This document shows, piece after piece, positions 12,775-21,155 of a DNA stretch of 25,352 bases; the first letter of the stretch is position 1, and every line of letters begins with the position of its first letter. Made by a program: the position numbers and the translations under genes. Source of the stretch: a virus (taxonomy: Duplodnaviria; Caudoviricetes); the IMG/VR virus record IMGVR_UViG_3300031953_000093, positions 1 to 25,352 of that record; one strand, 5' to 3'. Below the pieces are notes generated by a model that saw only the letters and a list, made by a program, of their open reading frames with translations, made no database searches and was not told the origin of the DNA.

Positions 12775-15470
12775 CCTGCTAACCTCCTGGCAAATTCGCG
12801 ACCAATAATCGTGCCGTAAACCAAGGGATCTTGGGTTTCGATAGCGGGTGCGGTGATTGTCACGCTTGTAGGTCCGCCCTGTGCGACAGTCGCTGCGGGC
12901 GGTGCGGGTGCAAACATTGCTGACGTGTATGTGTCCGCCTGGATTGCTTTCAACACAGGCCGATACTTTGACGCTTGCGGTTCAGGGGTAACTTCCTCCC
13001 CAACCGACAGCATCGCCGGAACAGAGTCAGACTTGGACGTTCCCGGCCCGCGCACAGTTCCACCAGACGCATACCCAAGAACACCAGAACCCAACTTGTC
13101 GGAACCCGTGGCGGTCAAGTTGATTGACGAACCAGTCCACCTGTTCAGGAACTTAGCCATTGCAGCATCTGCCGGATCAGTGTTGATCTCGACAGCGGTT
13201 GAAATGTTTCCCGGAATCAGGCCAAGGCGGTCGATGTACTTATCTGCCGCATCGCCTGTGATCCCAAACTTCGCCAACTGCTCAACGAGCGCAGCGCGAC
13301 CATCAGTGATGGCTTTTGTTGCGTCCTCTTGCGAACCAGTCTGCTCAAGAATGGATGCAGCAGACTCGAGTGCAGCCCGCGCGATTCCATCGAGTGCGGC
13401 CTCATTGTTGCGGCCAGCCTCAGTAGTAATGTCCAACGTTTTACCGTTTTCAATTACCGCATCCGTGGCATCATCAATGGCTGCTTCGAAAGCACGCTCA
13501 GCATCACGAGCAGACAAAGAGGTAGCACCAAAGTTGCGGATCATGTCAGCAAGATCACTGATCTGATCACCGGCACCCTCAGCAGCACCCTCTAGCTCTG
13601 CAATCGCCTCCGTGTTGTCCACCGTCCCGTCTGTGGCACCATCGAGGGCAGCCTCATACTGTGGGAACAGTTTCTTGAGCTTGTCGATGGACTCTTCAGA
13701 ACCATCCGTTTGCGCAATGAGTTCTTCCCACGCGGCAGAAGCTTCCTTCGTTTTGCCCCCTGCGACAAGGTTCGCCATCGCCGTGTCGAGTTCTTCGATG
13801 TTCTTCTTTGCGGCACCCAGCGAGGTATCACCCGCGCCGAGAGTTGCAAACTCGAATGCCGTTCCAGCCCAACTGTTCTGAATATCTGCGGTGAACTGCC
13901 CAAAGTCTGACGACAAAGCATCCAAGTTCCCGCTTGCGTTCGCGCTCCAACCGAACATTGTTCCGCCAGCAGCGAGAACATCGTCAACCGTTTTGGCCGT
14001 GTCGTGAACATTGCCAAGCGACTCCTGCAGATCATCTGCAGACTTCGTTGCCCCCGTCATCCCATCAGTCCACGAACGCATCTCATGGACGAACGCGATT
14101 GCTAGAAGGACTCCGGCAGCCTTGCCAACAACACCTAATGCACGCGACGTACGCTGTGCAACCGGACCCAACGTGACCAAAGCTGCACGGTACGCAGCAA
14201 TCTTCGGCACAGCCAACAGGAATGCGCCACCAGACAGTGCGGCGACACCACCCAACACAGTGACGACACCGACCGTTCCCGACACGACAGGGTTCATCGT
14301 GCTTAGATCCTCGGTCAGATCAGAGATACCATCAGACGCCGCATTGATCGCCGGCAAAAATACTTGCCCCATCGCAATAGCAGCATCAACAATGCCGTTC
14401 GTCGCAACCTGAATCTTCGACGCAGTAGTGTCATAACGCTTGTTGGCCTCTTCGACCAGAGCCGTGTTCTCATCCCACGCCTCATTGCCCAACTCAAGAG
14501 AGTTCCGCAGAACATCACCAGAGTTAGCCATGTTCAACAGCGCACGAGTAGTACGAATATCTGTTTGACCCAAAGTTTCGAGCGTGGCAAAAACATCGCC
14601 ACCCTCCTTGTCGATACGCCCAAGACCCTCCACAAACGTGGCAATGGCATCAGCAGGCGCACCCTTGAACGAACGAGCAAAGTCTTCCGATGAAACACCC
14701 GCAACCTTCGCGAACTCGTCCAAATCTTTGCCACCAGCCGAAACCGACTTCGCAATATCAATCATGATCTTCGAGATAGCCGAACCACCGGCCTCAACCT
14801 CGATACCCACCGACGACAGAGCGTTAGCAAGACCCAAAACTTCAGCCTCAGTCAAACCGACCGTCTTACCTGCACCAGAAATGCGGGAAGCCATCATAAT
14901 GATGTCCCGCTCAGTGGACGCACCGTTGTTACCGAGCTGCACCAGGGCTGCACCCAAACGGTCAACATCTTCCGGTGCCGACTGCATAACGTTCATCATC
15001 TGAGCGATCGCCGTAGCGGCTTCCTCAGCAGACAAGTTTGTGGTCTGCCCAAGGTCAACCATCGTGCGGGTGAACTCAAGAATGGAACCCTGCTCAACAC
15101 CCAACTGGCCAGCAGCCTCAGCAACCGCAGCCAACTCTTTATGGGCAATGGGAAGTTCACGGGCCATGCCACGCAAACCCTCTTGGATTGCATCGAGTTG
15201 TTCAGGAGTACCGTCAACAGTTTTAGTGACACCTGTCCACGCAGTTTCCCAATCGACCGCAGCCTTCGCCGCAAGAGCAGCGCCAGCCAAAGCCAACGTG
15301 CCAGCAGTGAGTGACGCACGGCCAACAAGCTCAAAGGCTTCCTTCTGCTTAGCCATCGCCTCAGCAGAGTCACCAGCCATTTTCTTGGTGGACTTTGCAG
15401 CCTTCTCCATGTTGGCGATGTAGCCATTGACCTCAGCTAAGAGAGTTACTTTCGTGGTCCTGTCGGCCAT
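12771..15470 (-). CDS. Tape measure protein (TP901 family), 899 aa
   Basis: Ala-rich; WETAWTGVTKTVDGT, AEAAGQLG, LGNNGASTE, EAGGSAIS; GGAAGGAAG RBS before MADRT. Confidence 0.95.
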   Translation of the reverse strand: MADRTTKVTLLAEVNGYIANMEKAAKSTKKMAGDSAEAMAKQKEAFELVGRASLTAGTLALAGAALAAKAAVDWETAWTGVTKTVDGTPEQLDAIQEGLRGMARELPIAHKELAAVAEAAGQLGVEQGSILEFTRTMVDLGQTTNLSAEEAATAIAQMMNVMQSAPEDVDRLGAALVQLGNNGASTERDIIMMASRISGAGKTVGLTEAEVLGLANALSSVGIEVEAGGSAISKIMIDIAKSVSAGGKDLDEFAKVAGVSSEDFARSFKGAPADAIATFVEGLGRIDKEGGDVFATLETLGQTDIRTTRALLNMANSGDVLRNSLELGNEAWDENTALVEEANKRYDTTASKIQVATNGIVDAAIAMGQVFLPAINAASDGISDLTEDLSTMNPVVSGTVGVVTVLGGVAALSGGAFLLAVPKIAAYRAALVTLGPVAQRTSRALGVVGKAAGVLLAIAFVHEMRSWTDGMTGATKSADDLQESLGNVHDTAKTVDDVLAAGGTMFGWSANASGNLDALSSDFGQFTADIQNSWAGTAFEFATLGAGDTSLGAAKKNIEELDTAMANLVAGGKTKEASAAWEELIAQTDGSEESIDKLKKLFPQYEAALDGATDGTVDNTEAIAELEGAAEGAGDQISDLADMIRNFGATSLSARDAERAFEAAIDDATDAVIENGKTLDITTEAGRNNEAALDGIARAALESAASILEQTGSQEDATKAITDGRAALVEQLAKFGITGDAADKYIDRLGLIPGNISTAVEINTDPADAAMAKFLNRWTGSSINLTATGSDKLGSGVLGYASGGTVRGPGTSKSDSVPAMLSVGEEVTPEPQASKYRPVLKAIQADTYTSAMFAPAPPAATVAQGGPTSVTITAPAIETQDPLVYGTIIGREFARRLAG

Positions 15471-15511
15471 TAGGTCTTCCTTCCCACGCAAAAACGGAGT
15501 AATATTCGGGC

Positions 15512-15772
15512 ATGACTACGACACCCACCACAGCGACCAACTCGCTTGCGATCAGTTCGTTCGTTCTGGGGCTCGTAGGGCTTGCCATTTCCGCACTTGC
15601 GGCAGGCGGATTCACGGTGCTAATTGGTGCCGTAGCAGTCGTTCTAGGGGTCACCGGGCGCACACGCGCCAACACCCTCGACTACCGCAAGGGGCACACC
15701 ATGGCGGTGCTCGGCCTTGTTGCCGGAGCACTCACCATCGCGTTGTCAATCTTTCCGATCTTCGGCAGCTAG
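15512..15772 (+). CDS. DUF4190-like small membrane protein (moron)
   Basis: TNSLAISSFVLGLVG...AVVLG...KGHTMAVLGLVAG pattern; TAATAT -10 at 15500-15505 six nt before ATG. Confidence 0.8.
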   Translation: MTTTPTTATNSLAISSFVLGLVGLAISALAAGGFTVLIGAVAVVLGVTGRTRANTLDYRKGHTMAVLGLVAGALTIALSIFPIFGS

Positions 15773-16206
15773 TCGCGTAATTTCGCAGACCAGAGGTGCC
15801 CAGAACGGTTCATAGGATTCTTCGGGTCGTCATCCTTGTAATAGGCTTTCTGCCCATTCGCTAACGCCTGCATCGCCCAGTCCACAGTTGGTCCTTCGGG
15901 GACTTTGAACTTGAACTGATTCTTCGGGTCAGTGGCAACATCTAGCGGAATACCTATCGGGTTCAGTTCGCCCTCATATTCGGCAGCAGCCAACAACCAC
16001 GCAACCTGTTCGGCATCCCATTCAGGTTCCGTAATGACAGTCACTTGTGCGATCCGGTTCCACGTCCACGGCTTCCACCACACAACAGGTTCGTATTCGT
16101 ACAGGTGTTGTTGTGTAGGTTCCCACCCGTCTAGCCGGCGTAATGAAACGCCAGTGTCGCGGGCAAGTTTGGTTAGCGCGCGGAGGTAACCGGTTAGGCT
16201 TTTTTT
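15769..16206 (-). CDS. Tail assembly chaperone C-terminal extension (-1 frameshift product)
   Basis: -1 frame after the A7 run reads KSLTGYLRALTKLARDTGVSLRRLDGWEP... continuously into ORF 15769..16083. Confidence 0.85.
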   Translation of the reverse strand, partial: KKSLTGYLRALTKLARDTGVSLRRLDGWEPTQQHLYEYEPVVWWKPWTWNRIAQVTVITEPEWDAEQVAWLLAAAEYEGELNPIGIPLDVATDPKNQFKFKVPEGPTVDWAMQALANGQKAYYKDDDPKNPMNRSGHLWSAKLRD

Positions 16207-16589
16207 GCTTTAGCGATCCGCTGTTGCGGGTTCCACTCATTCAGATACCAGACGGCATCCGCGATAAGCCCAATGCTGTGACCGTCGAGGACAGCGAACA
16301 AGTCGGCCCACTCTTCAGGGCTCAACTTCACTTCCTCACCATCAACGAGAGCAACACCAGACTTCGGCGCAATCTCTTGCACCACCTTGTGAACGTCATA
16401 CCCGTACCGCAACGCGATCAGACCAGAACCGACCGCAGGATTCTTTGCTGTAACGGTGGCCCACGTTTCGCCAGCAACTTGCTCAAACACAAACGACTCG
16501 ACCACGCCATTGAGTAGAACCTCAACGGGGTCACACTTCTCGCGCGGGGCAGCATTGGCCGCCGCGATCTTCTCTCCAAAAACAGACAT
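16194..16589 (-). CDS. Tail assembly chaperone
   Basis: Between major tail and tape measure; start MSVFGEK after GGGAG; ends GCA AAA AAA GCC TAA. Confidence 0.88.
   Translation of the reverse strand: MSVFGEKIAAANAAPREKCDPVEVLLNGVVESFVFEQVAGETWATVTAKNPAVGSGLIALRYGYDVHKVVQEIAPKSGVALVDGEEVKLSPEEWADLFAVLDGHSIGLIADAVWYLNEWNPQQRIAKAKKA
16200..16206 (-). other. Programmed -1 frameshift slippery site A AAA AAA
   Basis: X XXY YYZ pattern at the end of the chaperone ORF with an open -1 frame. Confidence 0.8.
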
Positions 16590-16619
16590 AACAAAAACTC
16601 CCACCATCCCTGCCAAGGG

Positions 16620-16662
16620 AAAACCGGGTGCGTGTGAAGGCAGGGAAACACACACACCCGGT
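16620..16662 (-). terminator. Hairpin/attenuator after major tail gene
   Basis: 14-bp stem ACCGGGTGTGTGTG/CACACGCACCCGGT followed by a short T run. Confidence 0.6.
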
Positions 16663-16678
16663 CGCTTACAACCCGCTA

Positions 16679-17161
16679 CTAAACAACGATTGCTACGTCA
16701 TCCTCAGAGGGGGCAATGATGTACCACGTTTGGGTGATCGTCTGAACACCATTCTCAACAGGGGCATCCTTACGCTGAACACCGCACTCGATGTGCAGAA
16801 TGTCTGCAACCTGCGCAGAGGTCCACGCGGTCGCGTTCGGCTCCGAATAACGGACACCAATCTGCAACTCAGTACCCTCGATGAGAGTCGCGGCAGCAAC
16901 ATCTGCTGCATCACCAAACACGTACTGAACCTCAACAGTTTCAGTGATCTTGCCGGGCCGCTGAAGCTGACGCTTCAAAGTCAGGCGAGGGTCATCGATA
17001 CTTGCTTGCGAAACGGTACGGTCAAATTTCTTCAGCGAATACGTGAGGTTGACGCCGGCAGCGAGAATCGCAGCAGACTTCGCGTTGACACCAGACGCAA
17101 CCGACGTGATCCGCATATTGTCATCGAATGGGACACTTCCAGGAACAGCTTCTGCAGCCAT
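16679..17161 (-). CDS. Major tail protein
   Basis: Position before the chaperone; AAGGAG RBS; DDPRLTLKRQLQRPGK, ECGVQRKDAPVEN. Confidence 0.85.
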   Translation of the reverse strand: MAAEAVPGSVPFDDNMRITSVASGVNAKSAAILAAGVNLTYSLKKFDRTVSQASIDDPRLTLKRQLQRPGKITETVEVQYVFGDAADVAAATLIEGTELQIGVRYSEPNATAWTSAQVADILHIECGVQRKDAPVENGVQTITQTWYIIAPSEDDVAIVV

Positions 17162-17163
17162 AG

Positions 17164-17355
17164 TTAGTTCTCCTTCTTCTTATCGCCCGTGGGCGTTTGG
17201 GGGACTGCCGGGGCAGCCTTTGTTTCGACCACAGGCGTGGTCCGTGCCGGAACTAGCCGGAACTCTTTGGCGAGTGAAGGCCAGCGTTTGAAATGGGCCG
17301 CAGAGATCGTTACGCGGTTCCCCTTGCTGTCTTCGACTTCGATCAGGTCACTCAT
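17164..17355 (-). CDS. Small hypothetical virion-region protein
   Basis: TAAGGAG RBS, 63 aa. Confidence 0.75.
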   Translation of the reverse strand: MSDLIEVEDSKGNRVTISAAHFKRWPSLAKEFRLVPARTTPVVETKAAPAVPQTPTGDKKKEN

Positions 17356-17367
17356 GGGTGCTCCTTA

Positions 17368-17396
17368 AATACGAAAGCCCCGCACTTGGCGGGGCT
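17368..17396 (-). terminator. Intrinsic terminator inside the late operon
   Basis: AGCCCCGC-CAAGT-GCGGGGCT then TTCGTATTT. Confidence 0.65.
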
Positions 17397-17411
17397 GAGA
17401 AAGGTTGACGG

Positions 17412-17831
17412 TTAGACGGGTTCTGAGATCCAACTGACCTCGACCACGTTGTATATCAACGGTGGGGTCATGTCGTTATCGACCTGTGTTGGTTGTGGTG
17501 AGCTCCACCGCATTGCGCGGCCACGCTCACCCGTTACGTTGATCTGAATGGGAACGCCCGCGGTGAAGAACTTCGCTTTCAGAAGCTCGGTGACCTGCTG
17601 ACAATTCGAATACGAGGTGCCGACAATCCAAAACGTGAACTCAGGATGTTGTGCCGACCTTGGGCCAGACACACGTTCCTGCGAATCCTCACCATCAGAC
17701 GGATGAATCACCAAATATGGGGCAGTCGGCAACACACCATCCGTGCGCGGGGCAATAGACACAAACGTCTTGGTTGCCAACGCTGGAACTGTCTTAGCGC
17801 GAGCCTCAACCGCATCAGTATGAATCAGCAT
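17412..17831 (-). CDS. Tail terminator protein
   Basis: Synteny; PYLVIHP and QVDNDMTPPLIY motifs. Confidence 0.7.
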   Translation of the reverse strand: MLIHTDAVEARAKTVPALATKTFVSIAPRTDGVLPTAPYLVIHPSDGEDSQERVSGPRSAQHPEFTFWIVGTSYSNCQQVTELLKAKFFTAGVPIQINVTGERGRAMRWSSPQPTQVDNDMTPPLIYNVVEVSWISEPV

Positions 17832-18248
17832 CTACAGGCCCGCCTTCTTCTCAGCATCCGCCACAGCCTTCGAGAGACCCTTTTCAAAGTCGTCCTGATT
17901 GGCCTTCAGCGCATTCGCCAGGTCGGATGTCGGAGTCAATGGGCCAGCAATAGAGTTAGGGGCACCGAACTCAATCAAGTTGCCCAGCGCACCAGCAGTC
18001 TCGCCCTTGTCGTATCCGATCTCAGACTTCAGTACCGAAGCACCAAAGCCACGGAAAACAGCCACTTCGTAGTCGATCGCACCAGCAGCCTGCTTGAAAT
18101 GTTTACGCTTACTGACTGACTTCTGCGCGTCCTTCTTGATGTTCTTCGACGTGAACTGCACAGCCGAGTTAATGAACGGCCCAGCTAATGCCCCCACGTC
18201 CCCAAGATCAGCCGCAAGACGATCAATCTCTGTAGTGTCAATCTGCAT
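17832..18248 (-). CDS. HK97 gp10-like neck protein
   Basis: IDRLAADL...EIGYDK...LGNLIEFGA; start 18248 (TGATG overlap) or 18260. Confidence 0.7.
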   Translation of the reverse strand: MQIDTTEIDRLAADLGDVGALAGPFINSAVQFTSKNIKKDAQKSVSKRKHFKQAAGAIDYEVAVFRGFGASVLKSEIGYDKGETAGALGNLIEFGAPNSIAGPLTPTSDLANALKANQDDFEKGLSKAVADAEKKAGL

Positions 18249-18649
18249 CAGTTCACCCACTCAGCAGGGAACCGGCGTGCAGTCGCATACGTTTGAGCAT
18301 GAGCACCCGTAAGACGTAGCTGACGACCCACAAGGGACGTATCCAACGGGTTCGTGGTGAACTCCCACACATCATTAGGCAGGACAGCTCCAGAACCCTC
18401 AATGGGTAGTGACAGGATTGCGCGAGTCTCGATAATGATCGCGCCGGGAATCTCACCCGTGCCCGGTGACGAGGTAGACGGCAACTTCAGCCGTCCCTTG
18501 CCCGTGTAAATCGTTTCGTATACCGGGACAGTCTCGAACGTGACCGGATCTTCAGTCGTTCCAGTCTGCCGGCGCACAACCCCTGTAGAGGTCATCAACG
18601 CCTCAGCCTGCACACGCCCCAACCGTGTAGTGCCAGCCGCAATACTCAT
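18248..18649 (-). CDS. Head-to-tail stopper (DUF6093-like)
   Basis: AEALMT, IYTGKGRLK, LSLP, QTYATARRFP. Confidence 0.75.
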   Translation of the reverse strand: MSIAAGTTRLGRVQAEALMTSTGVVRRQTGTTEDPVTFETVPVYETIYTGKGRLKLPSTSSPGTGEIPGAIIIETRAILSLPIEGSGAVLPNDVWEFTTNPLDTSLVGRQLRLTGAHAQTYATARRFPAEWVN

Positions 18650-19221
18650 CGGGTAGTCACCACCACAGTGTCACTGACACCGAACTGCTTACGAATCAAC
18701 GCAATGTTCCGGTCAGTGAGCGCCATGCCGGTAGCTTCACCAGCATCAGCAAACGCAATCTTGAAATCATCAATCGCAACCGACGACAAACCGCCCACAG
18801 TCAAACCAAGACCCTGTTCGATCGGCAGAAGTGCTTGCGACACAAGGACACAAGCCCAACGCTTCAACGACTCAGGCGCCGTAGCGTAACCGTAAGTGAA
18901 CGTCACATCAACCGGAACGTCAGACGAAAACATGAGAGTGGAATCACGGCGGCTATACCCCACACCATCAGTGAGAGTCACACCGCCCTGAACCACCAAA
19001 CCAATACTGATAAGAGGCGGGTTGGGAATATCCACCCGCCCCCCATCAGGCCAGAACGTGACAGTCGAAGTGGACTGCGGGAAAACCTGCAACCCCAACA
19101 CATCGTCACGTAGATAGGTAGATGCGTCCCCAAGCAGGGTCGTGATCCAAGGCTGTTCCGGTGCCGTAAAAGTACGGTTCAGGCGTGCCTCAAGATCTGA
19201 ATATGTTGCGAACGCATCCAC
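18646..19221 (-). CDS. Head-to-tail adaptor
   Basis: FATYSDLEARL...LLGDAS...VTFTYGYATAPESL; follows the capsid gene. Confidence 0.8.
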   Translation of the reverse strand: MDAFATYSDLEARLNRTFTAPEQPWITTLLGDASTYLRDDVLGLQVFPQSTSTVTFWPDGGRVDIPNPPLISIGLVVQGGVTLTDGVGYSRRDSTLMFSSDVPVDVTFTYGYATAPESLKRWACVLVSQALLPIEQGLGLTVGGLSSVAIDDFKIAFADAGEATGMALTDRNIALIRKQFGVSDTVVVTTR

Positions 19222-19235
19222 TATGTACCTCCTAC

Positions 19236-20288
19236 TTACGCAGTTTTGACAGAAGCAACAACAAGTGCTTCAGGACGAACAACCTTCGAGCCATAAACGT
19301 GCAGACCCTTGAGGCCATCAGCGAAACGCTTTTCGAGGCGGTATGCCTCGGTCTTGAGAATCTGCTGTGCGAACGAGGTCGCAATGGACGAACCCGCATA
19401 AGCAAGCTGCCCACCACCAGCGAGAGTCACAGTGACCGCAGCCGAAGCTGACGAGTTGACATCAACCGTTGCAACCGAACCCGTAGCGTTCACCGAAACG
19501 ATCTTCGCCGCAGCACCAACACCAGTACCCGTAACCGAAAGGCCAACGTCACCCTGGTTGAACTGACCAGCAACACCGGTCAGGCTCTTAGCACCAGTCG
19601 CAGTCGTCACCGAAGTGATTGCGCGGTTTGCCTGTGCAGCGTTGTTCGACTTGAAAATCTGGAAACCAGAAGCCGTGCCAACAAAACCAGTGTGAAGAGC
19701 AGAGGTACCCGACTCGTTAGCCTTAATGAAACGGCTGTCGAGCTGAAGGCGACCATACGCGGCAGGTGCGAGCACAAGCCAGCGCTGTTCCTCGGGAACG
19801 TTTGCCTCATCCAGTGAAACCGAAGCAGGCACGATGAGGTTGTCGTAAACGTTGGATGCGGTCGTGCCATCGATCAGACCAAGCGAGTTACCCGCACCAA
19901 GAGCAATCTTCGACGCAAGGTGACGGTCGGCAACATCACGGAGACCATAAGCGGCGCTCTGTGTTGCATCCTTCATAACCTTGCCACCGTCGCGAACCTG
20001 CGCGTCGTCAACATCGTCAATCTGGAAGTTGAACGCCTTCTGCTGGTCGATGATGAGAAGCTGTTCAGTGTCGGTCAGCGTTTCGGGTGCGGCCAGATCA
20101 GTGTTCGTGGCGTAATCCGAAATGGTCGGGTCACCGAACGACGTAATGTGAACGGTGTCACCGAATGCACTGATGTCGCCCTCATAGTCGCGGTTGACAA
20201 TTCCATTGGAACCGAATACAAGCGCCTTATCGAGTGAGGTCAGGAGGTTTGCGTTCCAAACCTCGGGAATAAACTTCGTGATAGCCAT
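19236..20288 (-). CDS. Major capsid protein (HK97 fold) with a beta-rich insertion
   Basis: FIPEVW, NRDYEGDI, GDTVHI, FADGLKGLHVYGSKVVRPEAL; GAAAGG RBS. Confidence 0.92.
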   Translation of the reverse strand: MAITKFIPEVWNANLLTSLDKALVFGSNGIVNRDYEGDISAFGDTVHITSFGDPTISDYATNTDLAAPETLTDTEQLLIIDQQKAFNFQIDDVDDAQVRDGGKVMKDATQSAAYGLRDVADRHLASKIALGAGNSLGLIDGTTASNVYDNLIVPASVSLDEANVPEEQRWLVLAPAAYGRLQLDSRFIKANESGTSALHTGFVGTASGFQIFKSNNAAQANRAITSVTTATGAKSLTGVAGQFNQGDVGLSVTGTGVGAAAKIVSVNATGSVATVDVNSSASAAVTVTLAGGGQLAYAGSSIATSFAQQILKTEAYRLEKRFADGLKGLHVYGSKVVRPEALVVASVKTA

Positions 20289-20310
20289 TAGTGGCCTTTC
20301 TTGTTAGTAG

Positions 20311-20943
20311 TTAGCGCCCAGACAACTGATCTAGTTGCCCAGCGTTTTGAGCTTTCACAATCTCCGCAGGGGACATCCGTGCGAGATCGGCTTGCGTGAG
20401 CTGGGCAGGTTTTGAGTCCTTACCCTTCGCGCCCTGATCTGCGCCACCGTCAAAACGGTTCGGCTTACCCGCAGCCAGATGAGGCTTACGGGCAATCAGG
20501 TCTGCGATTGCTTCTGCAAGCGCGTCAGAATCAACATCACCGTCATCGCTCACATCGAACGTGGACAGATCCAGATACAGTGCGGCATCTGTGGGATCGG
20601 CCATCTTGCCGGTAGCAGCGGCTTTGAGCTCGGAACGCAGAATGCGCTCGTTTGCTTTTCCGTTTGCTTCAGCTCGCGCTTCAGCCCTTGCGGCTTCCAG
20701 TGCTTGCTCTTCGGCAGGCTTATCCTTTAGTGCTGCTTCGCTCTTGAACTTTTCGAGCTCAGCTTTCAGCGCACGACTTTCTTCGCGTGCCGCTTTCCGC
20801 TCAGCCTTCATTGCGTCAAGAGCTTTTTGGCCGGCATCACCTAGAGGCTTCTCTTCCTCAACGGTCTCTTCCGACTCTTCGACTGTTTCTGTTGCTTCTT
20901 CTTCCGAATCCGTTGCGGGCTCGGTAATGATTTGTTCTGACAT
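20311..20943 (-). CDS. Scaffolding protein
   Basis: Acidic N-terminus, LGDAGQKALDAMKAER, KPHLAA, ADQGAKG; start MSEQ after GGAG. Confidence 0.88.
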   Translation of the reverse strand: MSEQIITEPATDSEEEATETVEESEETVEEEKPLGDAGQKALDAMKAERKAAREESRALKAELEKFKSEAALKDKPAEEQALEAARAEARAEANGKANERILRSELKAAATGKMADPTDAALYLDLSTFDVSDDGDVDSDALAEAIADLIARKPHLAAGKPNRFDGGADQGAKGKDSKPAQLTQADLARMSPAEIVKAQNAGQLDQLSGR

Positions 20944-21011
20944 TAGGAATTGCTCCAAAATGGTTGTGCAACATTGCGTTGCGGAATCCCCACCAAAAGA
21001 ATGGGGAAGAT

Positions 21012-21155
21012 TAGAAAGTGTGTTCGATGGCACACCAAAGGCACCCTCTCAGCGGCCACAGGTGGCGATCTGAGCGAGTTGGGTACCGTTCTGGGGTTAT
21101 CCGATTAATCGACTTTTCGGGTGCCGCATAGGGCGAGTTCCGAACGTGTGTTCTA
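21012..21155. promoter_or_regulatory. Two SOS-box-like sites (21012-21027, 21140-21155) flanking a multi-stem element
   Basis: TAGAAAGTGTGTTCGA and CCGAACGTGTGTTCTA each differ at two positions from TCGAAC-N4-GTTCGA. Confidence 0.45.

Noticed and set aside
21040-21125. Hammerhead or twister ribozyme (CGAAA and CTGAGAG next to a closing stem; TAAC...CGGT...GAGGG)
   Set aside because: CTGAG is paired in a hairpin, stem I cannot form, and the twister pseudoknot nucleotides are missing
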